Positions 1-10,685 of a stretch of 18,628 bases of DNA are shown here, piece after piece. Both the position numbers and the translations under genes were made by a program. This stretch comes from an uncultured bacterium (lineage in GTDB: Bacteria > Hydrothermota > UBA3073 > NMUJ01). Location of the stretch: contig CBFDTI010000023.1 of NCBI GenBank assembly GCA_965612795.1, forward strand, positions 1 through 18,628. The letters run 5' to 3'. The stretch's first letter is position 1, and each line of letters opens with the position of its first letter. The notes beneath the pieces were generated by a model, which was given only the letters and a program-made list of their open reading frames with translations, was not told the DNA's origin and made no database searches.

Positions 1-31
1 TAGATTTAGATTTTATCAGTAAGGGGGCAAA

Positions 32-1396
32 ATGATAGAACTGTTACGACGTGCGTTAGAGATAGCGGATACGGAGTATGTGGACATAAGGTTTGAAGAG
101 ATAACACGTACCGAAATCATTTATATGGGTAAGGAGCTCGATGAAATAGGTGTAAAGGTACGTCGTGGTGGCAGCGTAAGGGCATTCCATCGTGGTGCGT
201 TTGGGTTTGCCACGTTTACGTTACCGGAGGAAGCCACCGATGCGGTAAAACATGCGGTACGGTTGGCTAAGTTAGCTTCCAAACAGGGTGATGGACGTCT
301 ATTTCCGATGAAACCTATCACGGCTAAGGTGCCACTCAACATAAAAAACGACCCCCGTAACGTGACGCTCGACGAGAAGGAAGCACTAACCCGCAAATAC
401 AATGAGATTTTGCTCAGTGGAGGTGAAAAGATCCAAAGTACACGTACGATATATCGAGACGAATACATTCACCACTATTTTCTATCATCAGAGGGTAGCT
501 CCATAGAAGAGGAGCGCTTACATACGGGTATATCGATGTCAGCTACCGCACGTGATGGTACGAATGTACAAACTGCATGGGTGACGTTTGGTGACCAACG
601 TGGTTACGATACCGTAATGGGACACGAAGCCGATGCTGAGCAGGTGGTGAAAGATGCACTCGACCTGTTAAAAGCCGAGAAAGTAGATGCCGGCGTGTAT
701 ACGGTGATACTTGATCCGAGGTTGGCAGGTGTCTTCATACACGAGGCGTTTGGCCACCTATCAGAAGCTGACCACATATGTCGTAACGATAAGTTACGCA
801 ACATCATGAAGATAGGGGCACAATTCGGTATAGATCAGCTATCGGTAGTAGATGATGGCTCCCTTATTGGTGAACGTGGCTACTATGCGTACGATGACGA
901 TGGTGTACCCTCACGTAAAACGTATCTCATCAAAGATGGTAAACTTCATTCACATCTACATTCACGATACACTGCATACCTTATGGATGAAGAGCCCACA
1001 GGTAACTCAAGGGCACTTAACTACACGTTTATGCCTATTGTGAGGATGTCAGTCACCTACATAGAGCCACGTGATGCATCGTTCGACGAACTTATTGATA
1101 TCCCCTACGGATTATATGTGGTGGGTGCACTCGGTGGACAGACTGAACTGGAGATGTTCACATTTTCGTCAATGAAGGCATACGTTATTGAAAAAGGTAA
1201 ACTCAAGAAGATGGTACGTGACGTCATACTCTCAGGTAATGTGTTTGAGACACTCAAAAATATCGATAAAATAGGTAACGACTTACAGATATATGGTGGG
1301 TTAGGTGGTTGTGGCAAAGCAGGACAGTCACCCCTACCGGTGTCGGACGGTGCACCCCATATAAGGATAAAAAATGTGGTAATCGGAGGTAAATAA
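32..1396 (+). CDS. tldD: TldD family metalloprotease (catalytic subunit of TldD/PmbA)
   Basis: 454 aa. Contains HEAFGHLSEAD (HExxGH metal site), YDDDG, TGNSRA..PIVRMS and the C-terminal GGCGKAGQSPLPVS motif typical of TldD. G-rich SD (AAGGGGG) upstream. Confidence 0.93.
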   Translation: MIELLRRALEIADTEYVDIRFEEITRTEIIYMGKELDEIGVKVRRGGSVRAFHRGAFGFATFTLPEEATDAVKHAVRLAKLASKQGDGRLFPMKPITAKVPLNIKNDPRNVTLDEKEALTRKYNEILLSGGEKIQSTRTIYRDEYIHHYFLSSEGSSIEEERLHTGISMSATARDGTNVQTAWVTFGDQRGYDTVMGHEADAEQVVKDALDLLKAEKVDAGVYTVILDPRLAGVFIHEAFGHLSEADHICRNDKLRNIMKIGAQFGIDQLSVVDDGSLIGERGYYAYDDDGVPSRKTYLIKDGKLHSHLHSRYTAYLMDEEPTGNSRALNYTFMPIVRMSVTYIEPRDASFDELIDIPYGLYVVGALGGQTELEMFTFSSMKAYVIEKGKLKKMVRDVILSGNVFETLKNIDKIGNDLQIYGGLGGCGKAGQSPLPVSDGAPHIRIKNVVIGGK

Positions 1397-2700
1397 TGGT
1401 GGACCGTTTTATTGATGTATTAAAGAAAAAAGGTGTGAATCAATACGAACTCTATTATAGTGAAAGCTATATTGAACCGGTAAAATTCGACCAGAACGTA
1501 CTGCAGTCACTTGAGGTCAAAAGCGAAAAGGGGCTCGGCATCCGAGTGATACAGGATGGTAAGGTTGGCTTTACAGCGACCAACGATTTTGACAACCCCG
1601 AACCCGCAGTCGAGCGTGCACTCGCGGTGACTAAGTTTGGCAAACCCGTAGGGTTTGAATTTCCCAGCAAATCGGTATACCCAGAAGTTAACGTGTACGA
1701 GCCAACCGGCTGGCCCACCGAGTCCCGTATAGAGTTAGGGCGGGAGCTCATCGATACGCTTGTCACATTATGTAAGGAGTTGAAATTAAACGTAGAGCTA
1801 AACTATGCAGACAGTACAGTACGTGTGGTCAACTCCAGTGGGCTCGATTTCAGCTACCAAAAAACTGACTATACTTTAGAGGTAGAAGGGTTGGCGATAT
1901 TGGAAACTGGTATCACATGGATATTTGATTGGCTGGCAAGTGCAAACCCGATAGCCGACCCACGTGCGGTTATACCGCGATTACGTAGGCAATTGGAACA
2001 CGCGAATAGGTTAGCACACTTCAAGAGTGGTAAGATGGTGGTCATATTTGCACCGCTGGCGTTCTTCATGACGTTTGTACGTACGTTATCTGCGGGACTA
2101 TCCGGTAAAAGCGTAGTACGTAAGATTACACCATTACTGGGTAAGGAGGGTGAAAAGGTGTTAGGTGAATCGTTCACCCTGTGGGATGATGGTACAATGG
2201 ATTGGATGTATGGAAGTCGGCCATTTGATGACGAGGGTGTACCTACCACGAAACGTAAACTTATCGATCACGGTGTATTACAAGGATTTGTTTTTGACCT
2301 TGATACCGCTGCTAAAGCAGGTAAACCACCCACCGGTAACGCTGTCCGTGACTACGCCAGTACACCGACACCGGGGTTCAACAACATGGTGATAGAAGCT
2401 GGTAATACCTCTATCGACGATATGATCAAAAACACCAAGAGAGGCATCCTCATATACGGAGTTATAGGAGGTGGTCAATCCAATGTCTTGGCGGGCGATT
2501 TCTCGGTAAATGTGGGGTTGGGTTTTCTAATCGATAACGGTGAAATAGTTGGCCGTGTCAAGGATACTATGGTAGCTGGTAATTTCTACGAACTGTTTAG
2601 AGATGGTAGATTCATGTTATCTAAAGAACAACAGGTGATCGCTAACTACAAATTACCATACGCATATATTGAGGATGTAATGGTGGCGACCAAATCGTAA
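1396..2700 (+). CDS. pmbA: PmbA/TldE family protein (non-catalytic partner of TldD)
   Basis: 434 aa. Contains GLGIRVI, SRPFDDEGVP, TGNA, GDFSV and GNFYELF, and lacks HExxGH. Coupled to tldD by a TAATG overlap at 1394-1398. Confidence 0.9.
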   Translation: MVDRFIDVLKKKGVNQYELYYSESYIEPVKFDQNVLQSLEVKSEKGLGIRVIQDGKVGFTATNDFDNPEPAVERALAVTKFGKPVGFEFPSKSVYPEVNVYEPTGWPTESRIELGRELIDTLVTLCKELKLNVELNYADSTVRVVNSSGLDFSYQKTDYTLEVEGLAILETGITWIFDWLASANPIADPRAVIPRLRRQLEHANRLAHFKSGKMVVIFAPLAFFMTFVRTLSAGLSGKSVVRKITPLLGKEGEKVLGESFTLWDDGTMDWMYGSRPFDDEGVPTTKRKLIDHGVLQGFVFDLDTAAKAGKPPTGNAVRDYASTPTPGFNNMVIEAGNTSIDDMIKNTKRGILIYGVIGGGQSNVLAGDFSVNVGLGFLIDNGEIVGRVKDTMVAGNFYELFRDGRFMLSKEQQVIANYKLPYAYIEDVMVATKS

Positions 2701-2732
2701 CCTGTGACCAACAGCCTATAACCGCTTGCTGA

Positions 2733-3797
<1,065 letters not shown>

Positions 3798-3882
3798 CGA
3801 TAGAGCTTTACCTAACATATAGGGCAACCGAAACAGGGTACACCTTGCGTAGGTGGTAACTGTAATTTAAGTTGAGGTTAGC

Positions 3883-4848
3883 ATGAAATTAGGGGTGAGT
3901 TATTTCGGAAATAAAGATATCGATTGTGTACACAGACATATGGAAGATATAAAAGGAGCGGGGTTTGACTTCGTTGTACTCACATACTCGGAAAACGATC
4001 ACGAATATTATGAGGGTACATTTGACAAGATCGTGAAGGTAGCACAGGGGGTTGGCTTAGAAGTATATCTCGACCCATGGGGGGTAGGTGGCGTATTTGG
4101 TGGTGAAGCCTATTCGTATCTCGTGATGAAAAACGTACACGAACGTCAGATATCATCCAGCGGCAAGATATTGCCAGCATTATGTTTCAACTCCACCGAG
4201 CTACGTACTTATATACAGAAATGGATACAATCAGCACAGAAGATAGGGGTTGACGGCATATTTTGGGACGAACCTCACTTCTATCATGTAGATAAGGGAT
4301 GGGCCTGTTGCTGTCAGATATGTAGGGAAGAGTTTCGCAACCGCATGGGGTTTGAAATGCCGCGTCAACTTACGGCTGAAGTACGCGAGTTCCGTATTGA
4401 GATGCTGTTGGACTTCATAACTTATATTACCAAAACTTCCAAGGAGGCTGGACTAAAAACGATGTTGTGCTTGATGCCGGGTGAAGATATCGATTGGGAT
4501 AAAGTTGGTCGTATGACATGGATTGATGTGATATCCACCGATCCATATTGGTTATGGGCACGTGGTGATTATCGTGAACATGTTAGGTTCTGGGCCAAGA
4601 GGGTTTATAAGATAGCAGAGAAATTTAATAAAGAGCCATTGATATGGGTGCAAGGATTTAAAATTAAAAAAGACGAAATAGATCGTATCAGTGAAACCGT
4701 AAAGATTGCGAACGATGTGGGGATAGAGAACTTTGCGGTGTGGAGTTACAAAGCTACAAAATATATGTCAAGCATAGCATGTGAAGACCCTGATACAACA
4801 TGGCAGGCTATTTTGGATGCATTTAAATCCCTATCCTCCGACAGATAG
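3883..4848 (+). CDS. Uncharacterised glycoside hydrolase-like TIM-barrel protein (GH42-like Cys cluster)
   Basis: 321 aa. Alternating beta/alpha pattern, GLEVYLDPWG, CFNS, and DGIFWDEPH followed by CCCQIC and TDPYW. SD GAGGT upstream. The exact family is uncertain. Confidence 0.6.
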   Translation: MKLGVSYFGNKDIDCVHRHMEDIKGAGFDFVVLTYSENDHEYYEGTFDKIVKVAQGVGLEVYLDPWGVGGVFGGEAYSYLVMKNVHERQISSSGKILPALCFNSTELRTYIQKWIQSAQKIGVDGIFWDEPHFYHVDKGWACCCQICREEFRNRMGFEMPRQLTAEVREFRIEMLLDFITYITKTSKEAGLKTMLCLMPGEDIDWDKVGRMTWIDVISTDPYWLWARGDYREHVRFWAKRVYKIAEKFNKEPLIWVQGFKIKKDEIDRISETVKIANDVGIENFAVWSYKATKYMSSIACEDPDTTWQAILDAFKSLSSDR

Positions 4849-7800
4849 CGAGTGCACATATTGTAAAAACTAAGAAGATACCAGTACCTACAAGCCCATT
4901 ATAGAAGTAAAATTGTGATTGCATGTACATATAGAATGTATAACGGGTTAAAATGTATGAACCAGTGCCTATCCAATATGCGGGTAGATTATCACGCCAG
5001 AAGTATCGTACAACAAACAACACGTAAGCGATGAATGTGAGCACATATAGCGATGAGAATAAAATATCCTGCGGTGAAGCTGCTTCCCATAACGATAGAG
5101 TTGCGATGTAAACCACTATCAACATTATGGTAAGTGGCTTGTATTTTACAATGTAAAATGCGAAAAACGTTACGGTGAGTATCGGTAATAGTTTAAACAC
5201 TATATGGTTGTAAGCGAGCCATGGCAGTGTAGCACCGGGGTATAGACACGCTAAATCGGGCAATACAATCGATGGTAACTTCGGTAGAGGTAACCCCAAT
5301 CTCAAGAATAGGTTCTGTATAAGATACATAAAGAAGAACAGCGATGCACCACCAAGGATACCGTGGTAAATGGCGGATGTGAGGTATGATGTAGGGGTTT
5401 CATGTGGTAACAAATATTTCCTACTCGTATAGGCACGGAATAACGTAGCCTGTAGAGATATTGATAAAAATGTACACACCATAATGGCAACAAACTGGAT
5501 AAAGGTTCTGTTTGCTTTCGTCACAACGTATTTTGTCACACCTACAGCACTGTCGTAACCTTTGTAGAAATTAACCACATATGCATTACATACGCACATG
5601 ATGTATGTGATTGCAATAAATACGAGAAACACGAGACCAGCCCTCCACACTACCTCACGTTTTGCAATATGTAGAATAAACATGAAGGCCATTATTGCGA
5701 TGGTGAGCCACTTGATTACTAATTGCCAATAATGTTTCAACATGTGGAACTTTGAGAAACCCACAGTGGTAGCAGTTGATAGTTCATAACGGATATCGAA
5801 ATTATGTGCTTCATTGCCGATTACCTCAATATGTATGATTTTGATGAGGTGGGGTAGGTTAGATTTTGTCCATTCAAATACGTAAGCTTCATATGAGGGA
5901 TATTTGATGACCTCTTTTTTGGCTAGATGGTACCCCTTTAGTGATAGACCATGCTTATACAAATAATCCATCGCAATCCTATATGCATTTGTGAAGCTTA
6001 CGTAGGGTATAAACCGGTGTGTGGGAGGCTTGTATGTGTGTGAGTAGAGTTTGCCGTCAGCATCTAACTTGAAAATATATTGCTCATGGGTGGAGGGATT
6101 GATAAATTTTATCTCCCAATACCAATAAGGTGGTTCGGTTACATATAACTCGTTTAACCTATCGATACCCGCAGTCTGATAGATGTAACGTTCTACAGGA
6201 CCCTGTGTACGTTGTTTGAATTCCACAACCTGTATGAAACCCTCTAAATTGCAGCTTTTAGCAAGGCTATCCGATATCTTCTCCACGTCACGCCAGTTGA
6301 TGGTGACACGTACGTTAGCACCCAATATTTTATTAGGTATACGTAGTGCTATTATTGCAAATAATATGGTGATACATAAGAGGAAGCTTTTTGCAGCTCT
6401 GCCCGTATCTATATAAGGGGGTTCCTCCCAGCGTGTGATAATAGGTTCGGGTGGAATGCGTTTCCATGCTAAGTTAAGTATTGTAGTATCGTGATGAAAC
6501 TGCCCAGTACGTAAGTAATGTATGGCTGTGAATATGAGAGGATATAGAAACAGCATGGCATTTATAGGTACGAGTACGATGCTATACTTAGCATCTGAGT
6601 AGAACAGCGGCAACCCAAGTATGATGGTGATAGCAACAAACTGTGATACAACTGTGGCTAATAGGCCGAACTTCACCATTACGAAACCGAGTACCACACC
6701 CCATATGGCTATCGTCACCCCGTAAAGATAAGGTGGCGATTGTGGTAGTAACGAGAAACTAAACCCCGACAGTAATGATATGACACAGATAGCAGGTAAC
6801 AGCCTAATCTTGCTATTTAGCCATGATATACCATATAGTCTGAATAGTGACTCATTAAGCAACGCAAACGTCAATGCGGGTAGGAAAATGAGATATGGTA
6901 GCTTCAGGTTATAAGTTATACGTACTGGTAATATCAGAGGTAACCATAACCCTTTTCTTGTTAAGATAGTATGGAGCAATGCAAGCCACCCAAGTTGTAG
7001 CAACCCTACACAGTAACCAATAAGTATAGAATAGAGGAACTCACGCGTTCTTATTCCAGTTGGCGTGGGTAAAAAATTGGGGTATAACTTGAAAGGGGCA
7101 ACTATCGTATAGTGATGTCTACCTACAAGTAAAGCCAAGCTTATAACCACAGAGATAGCTAGTGAAATTAATAGATTCTGACGAAGATTGTGTGTACCAA
7201 ACATGCTGTAAGTGGCGGCAAATACCAGTACAGAGGTTACGGTAAAGCATAGTATGAGTTCATAAATGGATATCCAACCCCACCTCATAAAAGTAACAAT
7301 ATGTATGGACAAAGGAATAAGGATAAGCAGAAATATAGCAAAAGCCGCTATATAGGTTAACCCTAACCTACAAAAGTAGTTACGCTTGTAGTTTACGTAG
7401 GTATCGGCTGGGAGGATAAACCCTATCCGTATGCTTTTGAGTCCATCATCTGTGAGATGTGCAACTATACCATATCTTGCACCTTTAACGTTGAAGTCAG
7501 CTTCGTACCATAATAGTTGTAAATACGATGGGCCCAACTTCTCCGCTCCAGAATAAACAAATTTGTCGATCTCCTCACCCAATATCTTATGAAGCAGAGA
7601 GACAACAAACTGCTGTGCTCTACGTGTATCTAAAGGTTGAGCGTAAGGTAGTGCCCGCCTTTTGTGAAACCCGAGTAATGTTAAGCTTTCCGGGTGTAGC
7701 TCTACAGTTAGGGTGTCCCCAGTATTCGGTACGTAAAAAGTTACACGCCAACACCAAAGTGATTTGCCAGCCTCTATAATATCACGCAGGGTATCGGATA

Positions 7801-8044
7801 CGTTACGTAAAAGAAAGTATTTGGCAATCTCGTTTTCAGCGAATTCGATTTCTATATGGTAATGTGTGAGCGTATCGCCTAAGATACGATAAAGGTAGGA
7901 TTTGGCAGCTATCTCTATCTTATGGAGATTGGTTTGGATTTTTAGGTAGCTTTCCGGGCATGTGGTTTGGGTTACTCTAACAAAACATAGTAGGGCAAAT
8001 ATCGCGAAGAATCCACACAATGCGAGAACAAGCCGATTACGCAT
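4823..8044 (-). CDS. Large polytopic membrane protein with a degenerate CPBP (Abi/CAAX protease) domain and two related soluble domains
   Basis: 1073-aa open frame with many hydrophobic segments. ALLNESLFRLYGI resembles the CPBP EExxFR motif, followed by PQSPPYLYG. Confidence 0.65.
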   Translation of the reverse strand: MRNRLVLALCGFFAIFALLCFVRVTQTTCPESYLKIQTNLHKIEIAAKSYLYRILGDTLTHYHIEIEFAENEIAKYFLLRNVSDTLRDIIEAGKSLWCWRVTFYVPNTGDTLTVELHPESLTLLGFHKRRALPYAQPLDTRRAQQFVVSLLHKILGEEIDKFVYSGAEKLGPSYLQLLWYEADFNVKGARYGIVAHLTDDGLKSIRIGFILPADTYVNYKRNYFCRLGLTYIAAFAIFLLILIPLSIHIVTFMRWGWISIYELILCFTVTSVLVFAATYSMFGTHNLRQNLLISLAISVVISLALLVGRHHYTIVAPFKLYPNFLPTPTGIRTREFLYSILIGYCVGLLQLGWLALLHTILTRKGLWLPLILPVRITYNLKLPYLIFLPALTFALLNESLFRLYGISWLNSKIRLLPAICVISLLSGFSFSLLPQSPPYLYGVTIAIWGVVLGFVMVKFGLLATVVSQFVAITIILGLPLFYSDAKYSIVLVPINAMLFLYPLIFTAIHYLRTGQFHHDTTILNLAWKRIPPEPIITRWEEPPYIDTGRAAKSFLLCITILFAIIALRIPNKILGANVRVTINWRDVEKISDSLAKSCNLEGFIQVVEFKQRTQGPVERYIYQTAGIDRLNELYVTEPPYWYWEIKFINPSTHEQYIFKLDADGKLYSHTYKPPTHRFIPYVSFTNAYRIAMDYLYKHGLSLKGYHLAKKEVIKYPSYEAYVFEWTKSNLPHLIKIIHIEVIGNEAHNFDIRYELSTATTVGFSKFHMLKHYWQLVIKWLTIAIMAFMFILHIAKREVVWRAGLVFLVFIAITYIMCVCNAYVVNFYKGYDSAVGVTKYVVTKANRTFIQFVAIMVCTFLSISLQATLFRAYTSRKYLLPHETPTSYLTSAIYHGILGGASLFFFMYLIQNLFLRLGLPLPKLPSIVLPDLACLYPGATLPWLAYNHIVFKLLPILTVTFFAFYIVKYKPLTIMLIVVYIATLSLWEAASPQDILFSSLYVLTFIAYVLFVVRYFWRDNLPAYWIGTGSYILTRYTFYMYMQSQFYFYNGLVGTGIFLVFTICALAICRRIGI

Positions 8045-8072
8045 CGCATCGAATGGAATCGTTCAGTATAAA

Positions 8073-8933
8073 TTAGCTACTTCCTTTCATACATTGCGCA
8101 AGTAGATCAAGTGCACCCTCGGTGGCTTCCCAGAACCTACCGTATTCTTGCCAATAAACGTAAGCCTCTTCACGACTACCGGGGGGTACGCCTTGAGATT
8201 TTGGCTTCGTATGACGTTTTTTAAGCAGCTCTTTACCAATACGTGGGTTAAGTGAAGTAGCTACCTCTAATGTATGGGTAGCTTCGGCTTTCCTACCTAA
8301 TTGCAACAAAGCGAGCGGTCTCCCATACAGGAGATCCGGTGTGGTATCATTACTATATAGATCACATATCCTCAATACATCCTCGGGATGATTGAGCTCA
8401 AAGTTACACCACACGATATAACCACGTATGTACTGCTCATCATCCGGGTTGTATAAAAGTAACCGGTAGAACCCATTAAGTGCCTCCTCTACATAGCCAC
8501 GGTTTAACATCTCTTCGTTGAGTGCTTTAAACAACTGAAGGAATGGACGGTTTTCTTCGATAGACCATGGTAACTGGTTATCAAGTGTGTCTACAAACCC
8601 CTCAGGTAACGCCTTAAGGGCTTCGTCATAACCTACAGCTAGGATGACAAATTTAGTGTCACGGAAACGTTTCTCTTCGTCAGGATCGGTGGGTTTATTT
8701 TCTATCAGGTAATTCTCTATTGCTAATGCTAAATTATAGTAAGCAGCAAGAAACTGTGGACATTTATCGATAATTGTACGGAATACATCTATAGCAGCAG
8801 TATGTTTGCTTTCGTCCATTAGTTGGAGTGCTTCATTAAAAGTATCTTCAAGTGCATCTACACAGGGAGGATGTTTAAACATCCAAACCTTTGGGTGTAC
8901 CTCTACTACTTCTAATTTATTCTGTTCCGTCAT
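8073..8933 (-). CDS. Tetratricopeptide-repeat-like helical protein
   Basis: 286 aa with TPR-like segments (CPQFLAAYYNLALA; EEALNGFYRLLLYNPDD; LALLQLGRKAEA..LNP). Strong SD AGGAGGT. Confidence 0.7.
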   Translation of the reverse strand: MTEQNKLEVVEVHPKVWMFKHPPCVDALEDTFNEALQLMDESKHTAAIDVFRTIIDKCPQFLAAYYNLALAIENYLIENKPTDPDEEKRFRDTKFVILAVGYDEALKALPEGFVDTLDNQLPWSIEENRPFLQLFKALNEEMLNRGYVEEALNGFYRLLLYNPDDEQYIRGYIVWCNFELNHPEDVLRICDLYSNDTTPDLLYGRPLALLQLGRKAEATHTLEVATSLNPRIGKELLKKRHTKPKSQGVPPGSREEAYVYWQEYGRFWEATEGALDLLAQCMKGSS

Positions 8934-9076
8934 TAATACCTCCTAAAATAAAGATAAGTGGATTAGGTAATAACACAAGTGACGTATTGCAGATTATGAA
9001 GTTAAATTATTTTCTAACAACACGTGATGAAACTTGTTGAGAAGATGTTTATTCGTGATTTTAACCGGGAGGTATT

Positions 9077-10270
9077 ATGGAGGTTGTGCTCGATAAACTT
9101 ACCCAGAAGAACGATAGAAAGTTATTGCTGCTCGTGATAGATGGTATAGGAGGGGCACCTTACCGAGGTAAAACCGAACTTGAAGCTGCGCATACACCGA
9201 ATATGGATAGGTTAGCAAAATCATACATTACAGGTATTGCTGACCCCGTAGCACCTGGTATCACACCCGGTAGTGGGCCAGGCCATCTGGCGTTGTTTGG
9301 ATATGATCCGTTGAGATATGAGATAGGACGTGGTATACTTGAGGCACTGGGAGTGGGGTTAGAAGTTACCCCAAAAGATGTAGCAGTTAGGGGTAACTTT
9401 GCCACAATCGACGACAATGGTATAATCATAGATAGAAGGGCGGGCAGGATATCGACCGATCTGAATCGCCAGCTATGTACTCGTATACAACAGGAAATTA
9501 AGACAATAGATGGAGTTGAAATTATCGTCAAACCTGGTAAGGAGCATCGATTTGTCCTCATTTTGAGAGGCGAGGAGTTGAGCGATAAAGTTACAGAAAC
9601 GGATCCACAGAAAGAAGGTAACCCACCACTTAAATGTGAACCCCTCATACCCGAGGCTGTGCATACTGCAGAGGTGGTGAACAAATTTGTAGATAAAGCA
9701 CGTAAGTTATTGAAACCGCCTGCTAACTTTGTGTTATTACGTGGGTTTGCTAAGCATCCACAACTTAGGTCGATGCAGGAACGGTTTAAGTTGACACCTG
9801 CAGGTATAGCCACGTATCCAATGTATAAGGGGCTGGCAAGGCTTGTGGGTATGGACATACTTGAGACAGGGCCAGAAATCGAAGACGAAATAGAGACACT
9901 GCGTAAGAACTGGGATAACTACGACTTCTTTTACTTTCACATAAAACGTACCGATAGTCTTGGTGAGGATGGTAACTGGGAAGCTAAAGTGGAGTTAATC
10001 GAAAAGATCGATAAACTATTGCCTGATATTTTAGACTTGCACCCTGATGTACTTGTCATCACAGGCGACCATTCCACACCAGCCATACTTAAGGCGCATT
10101 CATGGCACCCTGTACCTGTACTTTTTGTATCCCCCTATGTGATACCTGACAAGAGTGAAGCGTTTAACGAACGTGAATGTATGCATGGAGGGCTGGGTAG
10201 GATAAGGTTGCTCGACCTGTTACCGTTGATGCTGGCGCATGGACTTAAATTGAGAAAATACGGTGCATAA
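9077..10270 (+). CDS. apgM: 2,3-bisphosphoglycerate-independent phosphoglycerate mutase, ApgM (archaeal-type) family
   Basis: LLVIDGIG, TELEAAHTPNMD, TPGSGPGHLALFGYDP (catalytic Ser), IIDRRAGRI, ITGDHSTP and HSWHPVP. SD GGAGGT. Confidence 0.93.
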   Translation: MEVVLDKLTQKNDRKLLLLVIDGIGGAPYRGKTELEAAHTPNMDRLAKSYITGIADPVAPGITPGSGPGHLALFGYDPLRYEIGRGILEALGVGLEVTPKDVAVRGNFATIDDNGIIIDRRAGRISTDLNRQLCTRIQQEIKTIDGVEIIVKPGKEHRFVLILRGEELSDKVTETDPQKEGNPPLKCEPLIPEAVHTAEVVNKFVDKARKLLKPPANFVLLRGFAKHPQLRSMQERFKLTPAGIATYPMYKGLARLVGMDILETGPEIEDEIETLRKNWDNYDFFYFHIKRTDSLGEDGNWEAKVELIEKIDKLLPDILDLHPDVLVITGDHSTPAILKAHSWHPVPVLFVSPYVIPDKSEAFNERECMHGGLGRIRLLDLLPLMLAHGLKLRKYGA

Positions 10271-10287
10271 CGAGCAACCGTGTGTGG

Positions 10288-10314
10288 TTGACATTTCATA
10301 ATTTGAAATATTGT
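10288..10314 (+). promoter_or_regulatory. Putative sigma70-type promoter of tRNA-His
   Basis: TTGACA at 10288-10293 and TATTGT at 10309-10314, immediately upstream of the tRNA. Confidence 0.55.
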
Positions 10315-10322
10315 ATATTTAC

Positions 10323-10397
10323 GGTGGGCGTAGCTCAACCGGTCAGAGCACCAGACTGTGGCTCTGGGGGTTGAGGGTTCGAGTCCCTTCGCCCACC
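10323..10397 (+). tRNA. tRNA-His (anticodon GTG); G-1 encoded, CCA not encoded
   Basis: Acceptor stem GTGGGCG/CGCCCAC, with G-1 (10323) opposite discriminator C (10397). D arm GCTC/GAGC. Anticodon arm CCAGA-CTGTGGC-TCTGG. T arm GAGGG-TTCGAGT-CCCTT. Followed by TTG rather than CCA. Confidence 0.96.
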
Positions 10398-10415
10398 TTG
10401 TAAGAGGGGGGATAG

Positions 10416-10670
10416 ATGTTACCATTTTGGATGAGTGTTATTGCATTTATTGTTTATTGGTTACAGGCGTTCTTCGGGCGTGCAGGATTGGAAGCCCTTT
10501 CTTCAACTTTTCTCATAATCACAATCGTATTCACCGCACTCTCTATTTACACAGGGTTCTGGGGTGAAGTTAAGTACGGGGAGGGCGACATCAAGCGTAC
10601 ACTCTCAACTGCCGCAAGGTGGATGGGTATCCTCATATTCATATTCCTAGTAGTGGGTTGGGTATTCTAA
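10416..10670 (+). CDS. Small hypothetical membrane protein (about 3 TM helices)
   Basis: 84 aa with three hydrophobic stretches. Purine-rich SD (AAGAGGGGG) upstream, and a terminator follows. Confidence 0.7.
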   Translation: MLPFWMSVIAFIVYWLQAFFGRAGLEALSSTFLIITIVFTALSIYTGFWGEVKYGEGDIKRTLSTAARWMGILIFIFLVVGWVF

Positions 10671-10685
10671 TTCCTAATGGATGAG

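Noticed and set aside
32..2700. tldD/pmbA as part of a RiPP cluster
   Set aside because: No precursor peptide or YcaO/radical SAM gene lies downstream, and the pair is a common housekeeping unit. Upstream context is not visible.
9012..9043. Imperfect inverted repeat TTCTAACAA..TTGTTGAGAA upstream of apgM
   Set aside because: It needs a gap, lies in AT-rich sequence, and I saw no second copy near gap. Too weak to call an operator.
8931..9079. Inverted repeat AATACCTCC...GGAGGTATT flanking the intergenic region (possible MITE)
   Set aside because: It is fully explained by the SD sequences of two divergent genes, and no target-site duplication is visible.
9160..9858. Long antisense ORFs (232 aa opposite apgM, 184 aa opposite gap, and others)
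   Set aside because: They are shadows of well-supported genes with no recognisable motifs.
10370..10397. tRNA-His as an integration site for an island
   Set aside because: There is no integrase, and I saw no duplicate of the tRNA 3' end in the window.
10358..10567. 69-aa ORF starting inside the tRNA
   Set aside because: It overlaps tRNA-His and the better-supported ORF at 10416.
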